This document shows positions 1 through 12,643 of a stretch of 64,000 bases of DNA, piece after piece. Positions within the stretch are counted from its first letter, which is position 1; the number at the start of each line of letters is the position of its first letter. A program made the position numbers and the translations under genes. The notes below the pieces were generated by a model, which ran no database searches, had not been told where the DNA came from, and worked only from the letters and a program-made list of their open reading frames with translations. This DNA is from Octopus sinensis (Eukaryota): NCBI RefSeq assembly GCF_006345805.1, contig NC_043019.1:14383360-14447359 (forward strand), written 5' to 3'.

Positions 1-282
1 ATAATGTACATAATTCCTCATCTCTTAAATATAGAACTGTATAAATGGTGCTTATTGTGTGCCACCATCATGGGTGCCAGTCAGGCGGCACTGGCATTGG
101 CCACAACTACAATTTCCATTTTGATTGGGATTTTGATTTTACTTGACTCAGTAGGTCTCCTCAAGCATGGCATGTTGCCCGATGATCCAAAGGTACTCTT
201 TTAAATGGGCTGGTTATGTGACACCGGTGTAGGCTATGGCTGTGATCTCACTTTACTTGCCGGGTCTTCTCAGTCACAGCAT

Positions 283-625
283 CATCATCATCATCATCGT
301 TTAACATCCGCTTTCCATGCTAGCATGGGTTGGACAATTTGACTGAGGTCTGGCGAACCAGACTTCAATCTGATCTGGCAGAGTTTCAACAGCTGGATGC
401 CCTTCCTAACGCCAACCACTCCGAGAGTGTAGTGGGTGCTTTTATGTGCCACCAGGCAATAGGGCCAGTCAGGCAGTACTGGCAACAGCCACGCGCAAGT
501 GGTGCTTTTTATGTGTCACCTGCACAGGAGCCAGTCCAGCGGCACAGGCAATGACCTCACTCAAATGTTTTTTCACGTGCCACCAGCACAAGTGCTAGTA
601 AGGCGACGCAGGTAATGATCACGAG
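283..625 (-). mobile_element. RTE-LINE 3' UTR-derived repeat (ends in (GAT)n)
   Basis: Reverse complement of the motif ...ccaacccatgctagcatggaaagcggacgttaaacgatgatg that terminates the RTE LINE at 47140-50749. Confidence 0.75.
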
Positions 626-649
626 GTGACGCAGCATGTCTCTATTATA

Positions 650-871
650 TTGGGTTGTCCGGAAAGTTCGTGCCGATTTATAGTTGCTTACCTTTCGACT
701 TACCCACCCAGGCACCTCAATTCTAGGAAGAGGGTATTTTCAAGTTAAAGGAAAGATGGGAACGCATTGTGCAACAAAATGGTTTGTATTTGGTTGATTA
801 AAAATGTAATGGGAAGTATTTATTGACCTTCTTTCATTTAAAAATCGGCATGAACTTTCCGGACAACCCAA
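650..871 (+). mobile_element. Mariner deletion derivative (MITE)
   Basis: 30-bp TIRs TTGGGTTGTCCGGAAAGTTCGTGCCGATTT / AAATCGGCATGAACTTTCCGGACAACCCAA, TA on both sides, internal remnant translating EEGIFKLKERWERIVQQNGLYLVD* (mariner C-terminus). Confidence 0.9.
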
Positions 872-1079
872 TACTTCTTCTAAAAACAGAATAACATGTA
901 TACAGAAACCATGGCTTTTGTAGACCAAAAATTTCACTGCTACAGATGTTAGCGTCATCATCTGGTCAAGCTTGATCAGACATTTTTAACCTGCGCAAAC
1001 CATCCATCTCGGTCCTGCATTGGTTGAGGAAGGTCCCCAGTGTCTTTGACAGATATTTGTCCTCATCTTGTTTGTTGTT

Positions 1080-1125
1080 AACACAACATTTCGGCTGATA
1101 TACCCTCCAGCCTTCTTCAGGTGTC
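1080..1125 (-). ncRNA. Minimal type I hammerhead ribozyme motif (Penelope-type), stem III substituted
   Basis: Minus strand GACAC-CUGAAGA-A-GGCUGG..UCAGCC-GAAA-UGUU-GUGUU. Confidence 0.6.
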
Positions 1126-1161
1126 TTGGGGGAAATTTCGAACCTGGGTTCTCATTCCTAA

Positions 1162-1207
1162 GACACCTGATGAAGGCTGGAGGATATACCAGCTGAAAGG
1201 TTGTGTT
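1162..1207 (+). ncRNA. Minimal type I hammerhead ribozyme motif (Penelope-type), stem III substituted
   Basis: GACAC-CUGAUGA-A-GGCUGG..CCAGCU-GAAA-GGUU-GUGUU; stem I GACAC/GUGUU. Confidence 0.6.
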
Positions 1208-1409
1208 AAGAACAAACAAGATGAGGACAAATATCCGTCGAATGTAAATAATGTAAATAATTCCTCATCTCTTAAATATAGAAATGTCCATCAACCCCAG
1301 TGTTTCACTGGTACTTAATTTATCGACCCCCAAAACGATGACAGGTAAAGTCGACCTTGGCTTAATTTGAACTCAAAACATAGCAAGTAGATGAAATACT
1401 GCTAAGCAT

Positions 1410-1903
1410 CAAGTACATCAATCAAATTAAAAATCAAATGGCTATTGTAGTTGTGATACCCACGTCGGTGGCATGTTGGGCCTCACAGAGGCAATGACGA
1501 AAGACCGAGACCTCTGAGATATGCTGTGACTGTGAAGACCTGACAAATGAAGTGAGTTCATGGCTCACAGGACGGCCTGCAGTGCTAACCTTGGATCGTA
1601 GGGTGACCTGCTGTGCTTGAGGAGACCTATTGAGTCAAGTACATCAACATCAAAATAAAAATCAAATGGAAATTGTAGTTGTGATACCCATGCCGGTGGC
1701 ATGTAAAAAGCACCAACCAATCGTGGCACATAAAAAGCACCCACTACACTCTCGGAGTGGTTGGCATTAGGAAGGGCATCCAGCTGTAGAAACACTGCCA
1801 GATCAAACTGGAGCCTGGTGCAGCCTCCTGGCTTCCCAGACCCCGGTCGAACCGTCCAACCCATGCCAGCATGGAAAAACGGACGTTAAACGATGATGAT
1901 GAT
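1410..1903 (+). mobile_element. RTE 3' end fragment nested inside a tRNA-SINE
   Basis: 1478-1540 matches the RTE 3' region at 50020-50080; ends in (GAT)n; SINE halves at 1295-1410 and 1904-1955. Confidence 0.7.
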
Positions 1904-2344
1904 TTCATCCAGTGTGCTAATGATTCTGCCAGCTCACTGCCTCAATATTAATCCTTTCTAGTAAAGGCACAAGGCCTGAAATTTGGGGAAAGGGAACTAA
2001 TCAATTACATCGACTCCCCCAACATTTCACTGGTACTTAATTTATCAACCCCAAAAGGATGAAGGCTAAAGTTGACCTCAGCAGAATTTTACTTTGGAAC
2101 ATAACGGCAGACGAAATACAACTAAGCATTTCATCTGGCATGCTAACGATTCTGCCAACTCACCACCTTAAATAATAATGATAATAATAATAATAATAAT
2201 CCTTTGTACAAATTTGAGGGGAGGGGACTAGTCAACCCGAAAGGATGAAAGGTAAAGTCAACCTCAGTGGAATTTGAACTCAGAACATAGTGGCAGACGA
2301 AACGAAATACTGCTGAGCATTTCGCTAGGTATGCTAAGTATTCT

Positions 2345-3497
2345 TATTTCTCTATTGCCCACAAGGGGCTAAACATAGAGAGGAGAAACAAGGACAGACA
2401 AAAGGATTACGTCGATTGCATCGCCCCCCCCCCCCACAATGCGTAACTGGTACTTAATTTATTGACCCTGAAAAGATGAAAGGTAAAGTCGACCTTGGCA
2501 GAATTTGAACTCAGAACATAAAGACAGACCAAATACCTATTTCTTTACTACCCACAACGGGCTAAAAACATAGAGGGGACAAACGGATTAAGTCGATTAT
2601 ATCGACCCCAGTGCGTAACTGGTACTTATGTAATTGACCCCAAAAGGATGAAAGGCAAAGTCGACCTCAGCAGAATTTGAACTCAGAATGTAACAGTAGA
2701 CGAAATACCTATTTCTTTACTACCCACAAGGGGCTAAACACAGAGAGGACAAACAAGGACAGACAAACAGATTAAGTCGATTATATCGACCTCAGTGCAT
2801 AACTGGTACTTAGGTAATCGACCCCGAAAGGATGAAAGGTAAAGTTGACCTCGGCGGAATTTGAACTCAGAATGTAGTGGCTGACGAAATACCTATTTCT
2901 TTACTACACACAACGGGCTAAAAACATAGAGGGGACAAACAAGGACAGACAAACGGATTAAGTCAATTATATCGACCCCAGTGCGTAACTGGTACTTATG
3001 TAATTGACCCCAAAAGGATGAAAGGCAAAGTCGACCTCAGCAGAATTTGAACTCAGAATGTAACAGTAGACGAAATACCTATTTCTTTACTACCCACAAG
3101 GGGCTAAACACAGAGAGGACAAACAAGACAGACAAACAGATTAAGTCGATTATATCGACCTCAGTGCATAACTGGTACTTAGGTAATCGACCCCGAAAGG
3201 ATGAAAGGTAAAGTTGACCTCGGCGGAATTTGAACTCAGAATGTAGTGGCTGACGAAATACCTATTTCTTTACTACACACAACGGGCTAAAAACATAGAG
3301 GGGACAAACAAGGACAGACAAACGGATTAAGTCAATTATATCGACCCCAGTGCATAACTGGTACTTATGTAATTGACCCCGAAAGGATGAAAGGCAAAGT
3401 CAACCTCGGCGGAATTTGAACTCAGAACGTAACGGCAGACGAAATACGGCTACGCATTTTGCCCGGCGTGCTAACGTTCCTGCCAGCTCGCCGCCTT
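2345..3497 (-). repeat. Tandem array (~6 units of ~180 bp) of a tRNA-derived SINE (family 2)
   Basis: Repeated unit tatttctttactacccacaagggg...gacgaaatacc; single head (gccagctcgccgcct) at 3480-3497. Confidence 0.9.
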
Positions 3498-3707
3498 AGA
3501 TATGCTAAGTATTCTACCAGCTTCTTGCTTTAATTGCTCCAAAAATAATAAAGTATAGCGTAAATGTAATTCAGAAAATGAATGTGTATTTGTAGAATGG
3601 AGATCATTGTACTTAGGACATATCCTAACTCTTTTGATATGGACCTGTATGAAACTGATCCTTGTTCTTTGAAGCAATAATAAAAGCTTCCTCATTTAAA
3701 GGGATCT

Positions 3708-3871
3708 AGGCAGAGGAGTGGCTGTGTGGTAAGAAGCTTGCTTACCAACCACATGGTTCCGGGGTCAGTCCCACTGCGTGGCACCTTGGGCAAGTGTCTT
3801 CTACTATTAGCCGCGGGCCGACCAAAGCCTTGTGAGTGGATTTGGTAGATGGAAACTGAAAGAAAGCCGTC

Positions 3872-3959
<88 letters not shown>

Positions 3960-4144
3960 TTGTCACCCCCAACATCGCTTGACAACCGATGCTGGTGTGT
4001 TTACATCCCCCGTCACTTAGCGGTTCGGCAAAAGTGTCCGATAGAATAAGTACTAGGCTTACAAAGAATAAGTCTAGGGGTCGATTTGCTCGACTAAAAG
4101 GCAGTGCTCCAGCATGGCCATAGTAAAATGACTGAAAAGAGTAA
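3708..4144 (+). mobile_element. tRNA-derived SINE, family 1 (internal TA/TG microsatellite)
   Basis: A-box-like tggctgtgtgg and B-box-like ggttccggggtcagtccc head, (TA)n(TG)n core, tail gtaaaatgactgaaa; resembles published octopus tRNA-SINEs as recalled. Confidence 0.85.
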
Positions 4145-5579
4145 ACTAGTCCTCCGACAAAATTTCCCATTAATTTATGTTCCAAACTCCAGCTCAAAAA
4201 AGACCAAAGTTATTTTACTAAATTTATTATTTGAAAAATTAAGTGAGACAAATTCAGTGTATTTCAATGGAAATTCGATAACAAAAGGGTTTAAGGTGGG
4301 CTAAATTAAAACCTTCATCCATCAGAATTTCATGTTTGTTAATGCTCGAAACTGCAGCTCAATATTGTTCATGAAAGGCTGAGTATTTCATCAGAAAAAT
4401 GGTAACCAAACAAGAAGACGTAGAAGTGATTCAAATGGAAAAACATCCATTAAATTTACTACAAAAAGCACCATCCGAACGTGGTTGATGCCAGTGCCCC
4501 CGCTGACTGGTTCCCATGCTGGTGACATGTAAAAAGCACCATACAAACGTGGTCGAATCCTAGTGCCCCCCAACAGGCTCTCGTGCCAGTGGAATGTAAA
4601 AAGCACCCACTACACTCTCGGAATGGTTGGCGTTAGGAAGGGCATCCAGCTGTAGAAACTCTGCCAGATCAAGATTGGAGCCTGGTGCAGCCATCTGGTT
4701 TGCCAGCCCTCAGTCGAAGGTGTTATGAAGGGCATCCAGCTGTAGAAACCTCGCCAGATCAGATTGGAGCCTGGTGCAGCCATCTGGTTTGCCAGCCCTC
4801 AGTCATTCGTCCAACCCATGCTAGCATGGAAAGCGGCCGTTAAATGATGATGATGATGATGATGATTTCTATAGAAACAATGATAATGTAGAGTTGCAAC
4901 TGGCACTCCGTCGGTTAGGACGACGAGGGTTCCAGTTGATCCGATCAATGGAACAGTCTGCTCGTGAAATTAACGTGCAAGTGGCTGAGTACTCCATAGA
5001 CATGCGTACCCTTAACGTAGTTCTCGGGGATATTCAATGTGACACAGTGATTTTTTTCATCCACATTTTGATGTAGCAACAAATGAGTCTCTTACCTTGA
5101 TTTAGAAAAAGTCTCTAAAAACGAAACATCTCAGCTGCTCACTTGTTGCACCATTACAACTCATTTTTGCCAAGTGAGTGAACTGGAGTAATGTGAAATA
5201 AAACTTCTTGCCCAAGCACACAATGTTCTGCCAGGAATCAAATTCACAACCTCATGGTCTTCGGCTGATGGCCTCTAACCACTAAGCTATGCACCTTCAT
5301 AGATAGTCGCAACGGAAACAAGATGATGGATGGATATATGTAGAGCAGAAATCTTTGGGCCTGCAAGAAATACAGATCAGATATGTAGAGAAACAGTTTT
5401 TGCATTTACAAAGAAATAACTTGTGTGTGGCATAGTGGACAATGGGTCACAAGTGAAGGCAGTGGGTGAAAGATTAGGGGATGATGCACCAGAAGTGAGA
5501 TGTGAAGGGATGTCAGATGGCAAAGTGAACATTTTGAGCATCTTCTTTTAGGCATAAGGGGTTGGCAAAAACAGTTGTG

Positions 5580-6000
5580 TAAGGCTGCGAGCTGGCAGAA
5601 GCGTTAGCACACCGGGCGAAATGCTTTGCGGTATTTTGTCCGCAGATGCGTTCTGAGTTCAAATTCCGCCGAGGTCGACTTTGCCTTTCATCGTTTCGGG
5701 GTCGATTAAATAAGTACCAGTTACACACTGGGGGGGGGGGGTCGATGTAATTGACTTCATCCCTTTGTCTGTCCTTGTTTGTCCTCTCTGTGTTTAGCCC
5801 CTTGTGGGTAGTAAAGAAATAGGTATTTCGTCTGTCGCTATGTTCTGAGTTCAAATTCCGCTGAGGTCGACTTTGCCTTTCATCCTTTCGGGGTTGATTA
5901 AATAAGTACCAGTTACGCACTGAGGTCAATATAATCGACTTAATCCGTTTGTCTGTCCTTGTTTGTCCCCTCTATGTTTAGCCCCTTGTGGGCAATAAGG
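5580..6000 (+). mobile_element. Family 2 SINE dimer
   Basis: Head gcgagctggcagaagcgttagc followed by two ~180-bp units. Confidence 0.8.
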
Positions 6001-6085
6001 AAATAAAAAACAGTTGTGTGAGAGTTTGGAGTCCTCGGGTATTCTATCTGCTGGCCAGCGAGGAAGGTAGAGAATGTCTCAATTA

Positions 6086-6585
6086 CCGTAAATCCTCGTG
6101 TGTAATCCGCATTTTCCCCCCAAAATTTAAAGGTCAAAATCCTTAGTGCGTACTATATACAAGGTTAAAAATGAAAAATATTTTCTAAGCAATGTCCGAG
6201 TCTCTATTTGCTGTCCAGCAATGTTTATTCAGACGCATTTTGTGATGTCGGGTGCGAAAATACCTTAAGCTAAGCCTGAAAGCAATGAAGCCATAACTTG
6301 TAGTAAGCAACATTTATTAAACGTTATTACGGTCATTTCTTTATTTTCTGCAAACAAAATGCACAAAAAAGCTACACGTTTGCATTATGTTATATATACA
6401 ATAATAATAATTAAGTATGTTACCGTATACAGTTTTACAAACCAAGGACGTTATATAGACCTCCTTGACTCAAGTTAGAGAAGGGGTGCGTATTATACAC
6501 AAGGTTTAGGTTTTTCAGAGGTACAGCCCCCTAAAAATCCTCTGTGTATTATACTCATGGGCGGACTATACTTGAAGATTTACGG
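6086..6585. mobile_element. pogo/Tigger-like (Tc1-mariner) MITE
   Basis: TIRs CCGTAAATCCTCGTGTGTAATCCGC / GCGGACTATACTTGAAGATTTACGG, TA at left end. Confidence 0.7.
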
Positions 6586-6683
6586 CACACAAGTTTCATT
6601 TCGTGGTTAAAGAGTTCCTTTTTGCAGTGATCTGCCAAGTCAAGATACGAACCTCGTTATTTTACACTTCAAGCACTTTCAGT

Positions 6684-7080
6684 TACTCTTCTACTTGTTT
6701 CAGTCAGTTGACTGCAGCCATGCTGGAGCACCGCCTTTAGTTGAGCAACTCGACCCCAGAACTTATTCTTTTTCTAAGTCCAGTACTTATTCTATCGGTC
6801 TCTTTTTGCCGAACCGCTAAGTGACGGGGACGTAAACACACCAGCATCGGTTGACAAGCAATGCTAGGAGAACAAACACAGACACACACACACATACATA
6901 TATATACATATATACGACAGGCTTCTTTCAGTTTCCATCTACCAAATCCACTCACAAAGCATTGGTCGGTCCGGGGCTATAGCAGAAGACACTTGCCCAA
7001 GATGCCACGCAGTGGGACTGAACCCGGAACCATGTGGTTGGTTAGCAAGCTACTTACCACACAGCCACTCCTGCGCCTAT
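6684..7080 (-). mobile_element. Family 1 SINE
   Basis: Full-length reverse complement of the 3708-4144 family. Confidence 0.85.
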
Positions 7081-7577
7081 GTTATTTATTTTTTTCCCTA
7101 TTTTTGGTGATTTTCTTTCATCGACGTTTGATATAGCAACAAGTGAGGGTCTCTTACCTTGATTTAGAAAATGTCTCTAAAAAGGTACTGTGCTATTACA
7201 AGACTCTGTTTACTCTGATAGATTCCCCAAGGATCTCATATTTGTACACACCCATTCTCGCTAACATTCTTATACCCCCCCCCCAAATGATAAAAAAAGG
7301 GACATTCAAATAAACACTTTATCACCTGACATCATTTTTACCTCTCGCTTCCAGTCATGAAACAAGATAAAATATATGAAGAGAGGAAAGATCATTGCAT
7401 AGCGACAGAATGAGATGGGTATATGGAAATGATTAGGTCTCAGGTGTTCTACAAAAATTTCTGAAAAATGTCGAAAATGAAGAATTTAGGGGTGGTAGGT
7501 GGGGGAGGGGGAAATTTTTAAATGCCGATCTTTGGCATTTTTTCGAATCTCCGTAGCCGAAAAAACGTGGGTCTGTG

Positions 7578-7611
<34 letters not shown>

Positions 7612-7981
7612 GGAGAATTTGGTGGGGGGGGGGCGGAAACTTTCCGTGACTGTTTTCAAATCAGCAAATGTCGTGTGTGTTTATGGTACAAAAATTAAAA
7701 TTTTGAAATGCCGATTTTTCTTTCTTTCTTCTTTATTTTTTTTTTTTTTTTGGCAGATTCGGAATCTCTGCAGTCGAAAAGCTGGGTTTCTGTAGAAAAA
7801 AACGTTTTTTTTTTTTTAAATAACCGGAAGGGGATTCGGTCCATGTCCTTTACCTCCGCCCACTTTGTCGTGGGTTTTTTTTTTTTCAACTATTGGCTTC
7901 AAATGTTTATCATTAAGGGTGGATGGACGTCCTCTAAACTTCCTGACACTCATTTCTCTCATACCCACTGTGGAATCTCTC

Positions 7982-8733
7982 GGTACTACTAGCGAACAGT
8001 GGTCCCGGTGCGCGCACTCGCGCTAGCTAGTCGTAAGTAGTCGATCCTACAACGACTTGCGCGTATGTTTGTATTTCAAAGAAAATTAAATAATATTTTT
8101 CGAACAAAGTAAATAAAGGTGCAGGAGAGGCTGTGTGGTAAGTAGCTTGCTAACCAACCACATGGTTCCGGGTTCAGTCCCACTGCGTGGCATCTTGGGC
8201 AAGTGTCTTCTACTATAGCCCTGGGCCGACCAATGCCTTGTGAGTGGATTTGGTAGACGGAAACTGAAAGAAGCCTGTCGTATATATGTATATATATATA
8301 TATATGTATGTGTGTGTTTGTGTGTCTGTGTATGTCCCCCTAGCATTGCTTGACAACCGATGCTGGTGTGTTTACGTCCCCGTCACTTAGCGGTTTGGCA
8401 AAAAAGACCGATAGAATAAGTACTGGGCTTACAAAGAATAAGTCCCGGGGTCGATTTGCTCGACTAAAAGGTGGTGCTCCAGCTTGGCCGCAGTCAAATG
8501 ACTGAAACAAGTAAAAGAGTAAGAGTAAATATTTTTTTAAAACAATGTATATAATTTTTTTTACACAAATTAAATATTTTTCGAACAAAGTAAATAATTT
8601 TTTAAAACAAACTAAGGTTAAGGTTAAAAAATTAGGTTTAGGGTTAAAAAGTCGTTGTAGGATCGACTGCTGACAACTAGCTAGCGCGGATACGCGAGTG
8701 CGCGCACCGGGACCACTGTTCGCTAGTAGTACC
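7982..8733. mobile_element. MITE with GGTACT termini and 9-bp TSD (Mutator- or Merlin-like), carrying a family 1 SINE (8118-8526)
   Basis: TIRs ggtactactagcgaacagtggtcccggtgcgcgcactcgcg / reverse complement; perfect TSD gaatctctc at 7973-7981 and 8734-8742. Confidence 0.9.
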
Positions 8734-9532
8734 GAATCTCTCAAACCACTGTTGTACCATGCATACACACACATACATACATACATACATGTGTATGCGC
8801 GCACACACTGACCCTCACACATGCACACAAACAAACAAAAAGATCGTTTTAAGCTCGGGTGACGGACAGAGTCAAGAATTATTGAAAAGGTCGCAAGAAA
8901 CGGCGAAAATTTTAGGAAAAATAAATAAGAAAAATGAGTGGAAACTTTACCTGTGAATGCGTTAAATAATAAGGCACTAAAAGAGAATGACTCTCCCCAG
9001 ACACAACTATATATAATATATATATACTATTTTTTTTTTATTGCCCACAGGAGGCTAAACACAGAGGGGACAAACAAGGACAAAGGGCTTAAGTCGGTTA
9101 CATCGACGCCAGTGCGTAACTGGTACTTAATTACGCACTGGGGTCGATGTAACCGACTTAAGCCCTTTGTTTGTCCCCTCTTTGTTTAGCCCCCTGTGGG
9201 CAAATATATATATTATATATATATATATACACTAAGGTTAAAAAGTTGATGTCTGGTCATAGAGTGACGAACGGTTTGGCCTCCACCCGAGAGCCGTCGC
9301 TTCGTGGACGACTCGACAGATTCTGGTCCGAGCACACCATTAACTCTTCACCTCTTGGAGGTGGGAAGTGGTTCCAATTAAAGGCCAAAAGTTCATCATT
9401 GAATGAAGGCCCAGCAAGCGAGGATGGTTATCTCCCCTAGACCAGCTATTTGCAGATTAAGATGACTTCTTTTGGAGATGTACTTGCATAGCAAGTGACC
9501 TGATCTGAGATCGTGTGCTGGAACGAAAACAA

Positions 9533-9713
9533 TTGCAACATGGAAGGTGTTTATAAGCCATTTAAGAAACACACAAAAAGCCGTTAGATTTACTTCAACA
9601 TTTAAACTTAATTTGCGACGAAAATATTTTAGCAAATTAAATTTAAATGTTGAAGTGAATCTAACGGTTTTTGTGTGTTTCTTAAATGGTTTATAAACAC
9701 CTTCCACGCTGCA
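9533..9713. repeat. Fold-back element (~75-bp inverted arms)
   Basis: ggaaggtgtttataagccatttaagaaacacacaaaaagccg... / ...cggtttttgtgtgtttcttaaatggtttataaacaccttcc. Confidence 0.8.
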
Positions 9714-10009
9714 TTTGATAACTTGTTTCTTCATTTGTCAATGAATGACACACAGAGACGGGATAATACAAAACATTTAGGTTTGGCAGTTATGACTTAA
9801 TGGAAATCGGAAAACAAAAGTCGAATGGTACAATGAATTCGAGAATCGCATAATAATTTCTGTGATTATGTTTTCGGGTTCGTGTTGGACCCGCCGGTGT
9901 TTTTTTTTCCCTCCACCTTTTTTCTGCTTATTAGTTTTCCCTTTTGATTAGACCGGCTACACCAGCACGGCCCCATTCGCACTCAACTTCCTTACAACAT
10001 GCGTCCATC

Positions 10010-10394
10010 GGCGAGCTGGCAGAAACGTTAGCACGCCGGGCGAAATGCTTAGCGGTATTTAGTCTGCCGTTACGTTGTGAGTTCAAATTCCGTCGAGGTC
10101 GACTTTGCCTTTCATCATTTCGTGGTCGATTAAATAAGTACCAGTTACGCACTGGGGTCGATATAATCGACTTAATCCGTTTGTCTGTCCTTGTTTGTCC
10201 TCTCTGTGTTTAGCCCCTTGTGGGTAGTGAAGAAATAGGTATTTCGTCTGCCGTTACGTTGTGAGTTCGTTACGTTTCGGGGTCGATAAATAAAGTACCA
10301 GTTACGCACTGGGATCGATGTAATCGACTTGATACCTATGTCTGTCCTTGTTTGTCCCCTCTGTGTTTAGCCCCTTGTGGGCAGTAAAGAAATA
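10010..10394 (+). mobile_element. Family 2 SINE dimer
   Basis: Head ggcgagctggcagaaacgttagc plus two units. Confidence 0.8.
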
Positions 10395-10731
10395 GGTACT
10401 ATTCAAGACGAGTGGTCGCGGTGCGCGCACGCGCGCTAGCTAGTCGTGACTAGTCGATCCTACAACGACTACCTATCCTATAACAAATGTTCCTAAAAAT
10501 TCGGTTGAAAGTTACTCGAAGAAAACCGACGTTTTCAGAGTATGATGGGAGTACCAAAAAACAGGTTGTGCGTTATTTAAAGAAAAAAATTTAGTTACTG
10601 TGTTTAAAAATTATTTTGTGTTTTTGTGTTTCATTTACTTTGTTTTAAAAAATATTTGGATCGACTAGTCACGACTAGCTAGCGCGGATACGCGAGTGCG
10701 CGCACCGGGACCACTCCTCTTAAATAGTACC
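10395..10731. mobile_element. GGTACT-MITE with unrelated internal sequence, no TSD
   Basis: Both TIRs present; flanks aaagaaata and cgttcattt do not match. Confidence 0.8.
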
Positions 10732-10914
10732 CGTTCATTTTTGAGAATAAGGTAACTATCCTTTCTAATGGAATTTGTGTATGTATGTATATATATAACG
10801 GGAAGCTTTATGAAAATAAACAAAAGACGAAGGCAGGTGGAAAACAAACAAACAATTGTATTAGTATATATATATATATCGTCGGTAAATCATAAATAAA
10901 GAAAAGCACACTAT

Positions 10915-11234
10915 GGTACTACTTAAAAAGAGTAGTCCCGGTGCGCGCACTCGCACTAGCTAGTCGTGACTAGTCGATCCTACAACGACAACCTAGCAAA
11001 ATAAATAAAACACAAAATAATTTTTCTTAAACAAAGTAAATAAAAGGAGTGGTTGTGTGGTAAGTAGCTTGCTAACCAACCACATGGTTCCGGGTTCAGT
11101 CCCACTGCGTGGCATCTTGGGCAAGTGTCTTCTACTATAGCCCTGGGCCGACCAATGCCTTGTGAGTGGATTTGGTAGACGGAAACTGAAAGAAGCCTGT
11201 CGTATAGATGTATATATATGTGTGTATATGTATG

Positions 11235-11278
<44 letters not shown>

Positions 11279-11552
11279 CGTGTGTGTGTTTGTGTGTCTG
11301 TGTTTGTCCCCCTAGCATTGCTTGACAACCGATGCTGGTGTGTTTACGTCCCCGTCACATAGCGGTTCGGCAAAAAAGACCGATAGAATAAGTACTGGGC
11401 TTACAAAGAATAAGTCCCGGGGTCAATTTGCTCGACTAAAGGCGGTGCTCCAGCATGGCCGCAGTCGAATGACTGAAACAAGTAAAAGAGAGAAAAACAA
11501 AAACACAAAGTAAGGATCGACTAGTCACGACTATCTATTCTTAAATAGTAGC
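10915..11552. mobile_element. GGTACT-MITE carrying a family 1 SINE (11045-11490)
   Basis: Left TIR intact, right TIR internally deleted; TSD gcacactat / gcacactag (8 of 9). Confidence 0.85.
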
Positions 11553-12038
11553 GCACACTAGAATAACTAAATATAGTTATGGCCAGCCAATGGGATCAAC
11601 ATGGGTTTCGCGGCTGCAACGCGCTTAGCTTTACGTCGTTTCTTTAGATTCTTAATGGTCGGTGGCCAATAACCTGTCTTTAACATGGAGACAAGTTGAA
11701 TGCAAGGACAAAGGGTTACGAGCAAAGGATTGTCTCCCTTAGACCGGTATAGCGACTGCAGAGCGGTGTAAGGGAGATAATCACTTGTGCTTAGACCTTT
11801 GTCCAAGTAGCTTCGAGGTCTTTTCCTTGTCTGTCCACTATGAAGAGAAGTTTTCGGCCTCCGACCATTAGGGTTTGAAGAAACCCCTATAGTTAAGCGC
11901 TTTATAGACGTAAAACCCTGGGTATCCCCAAAGACCGGCCATAACTATTTTTATTTAATATAGACGATCGGGAGAGCGGAGATTTGCCGATCCAAATTTT
12001 ATTATGCAGTGGTTTTATCACACACTCACACACACATA

Positions 12039-12537
12039 TCTTTATATATAAAAGTGAGGTTGTGTGTCTGTCTCCTACGATTTAGATTCCTAACTACTCC
12101 CACGTTTTGCGGTGCAGTTTAACCAAATTCGGGTATCTTATAGTCGTGATTCATATCGAGCCCTTCTGGGTATTAGCGCGCATCTACGATGAGTCTACGA
12201 TTTTAAAAAAAATTTACCATCATTTTTTTCCATTTTAATGCATTTTTTTCGCTATTATATAAGGGAAGTAACTCTCTAAAAATATCTACGATGAGTCTAC
12301 GATTTAAAAAAAAATTTACCATCATTTTTTTCCATTTTAATGCATTTTTTCGCTATTATATAAGGGAAGTAACTCTCTAAAAATGTCTACGATGAGTCAA
12401 CGATTTTTAAAAAATGTACCATCATTTTTTTTCCATTTTTAATGCATTTTTTTGCTAATTTTTGGCTATAACTCTCTAAAAATGCTTATATAGTTATTTC
12501 CCTTACAAACCCGAGCAACGCCGGGCGATACTGCTAG
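12039..12537 (+). mobile_element. Non-autonomous Helitron
   Basis: 5' TC, 3' CTAG preceded by hairpin cccgagcaacgccggg, inserted between A and T, three ~100-bp internal repeats. Confidence 0.85.
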
Positions 12538-12603
12538 TATGTAATAAAATTACTATATTGTAAAATTTGGATGTGCAAATCTCCGTCCTCCTGATCTTCG
12601 TTA

Positions 12604-12643
<40 letters not shown>

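Noticed and set aside
3708-3790. tRNA genes at SINE heads
   Set aside because: A/B-box-like motifs only; no complete cloverleaf; each continues into SINE body
8610-8648. Telomere-like ttaggg
   Set aside because: Only 1-2 degenerate units inside a MITE spacer
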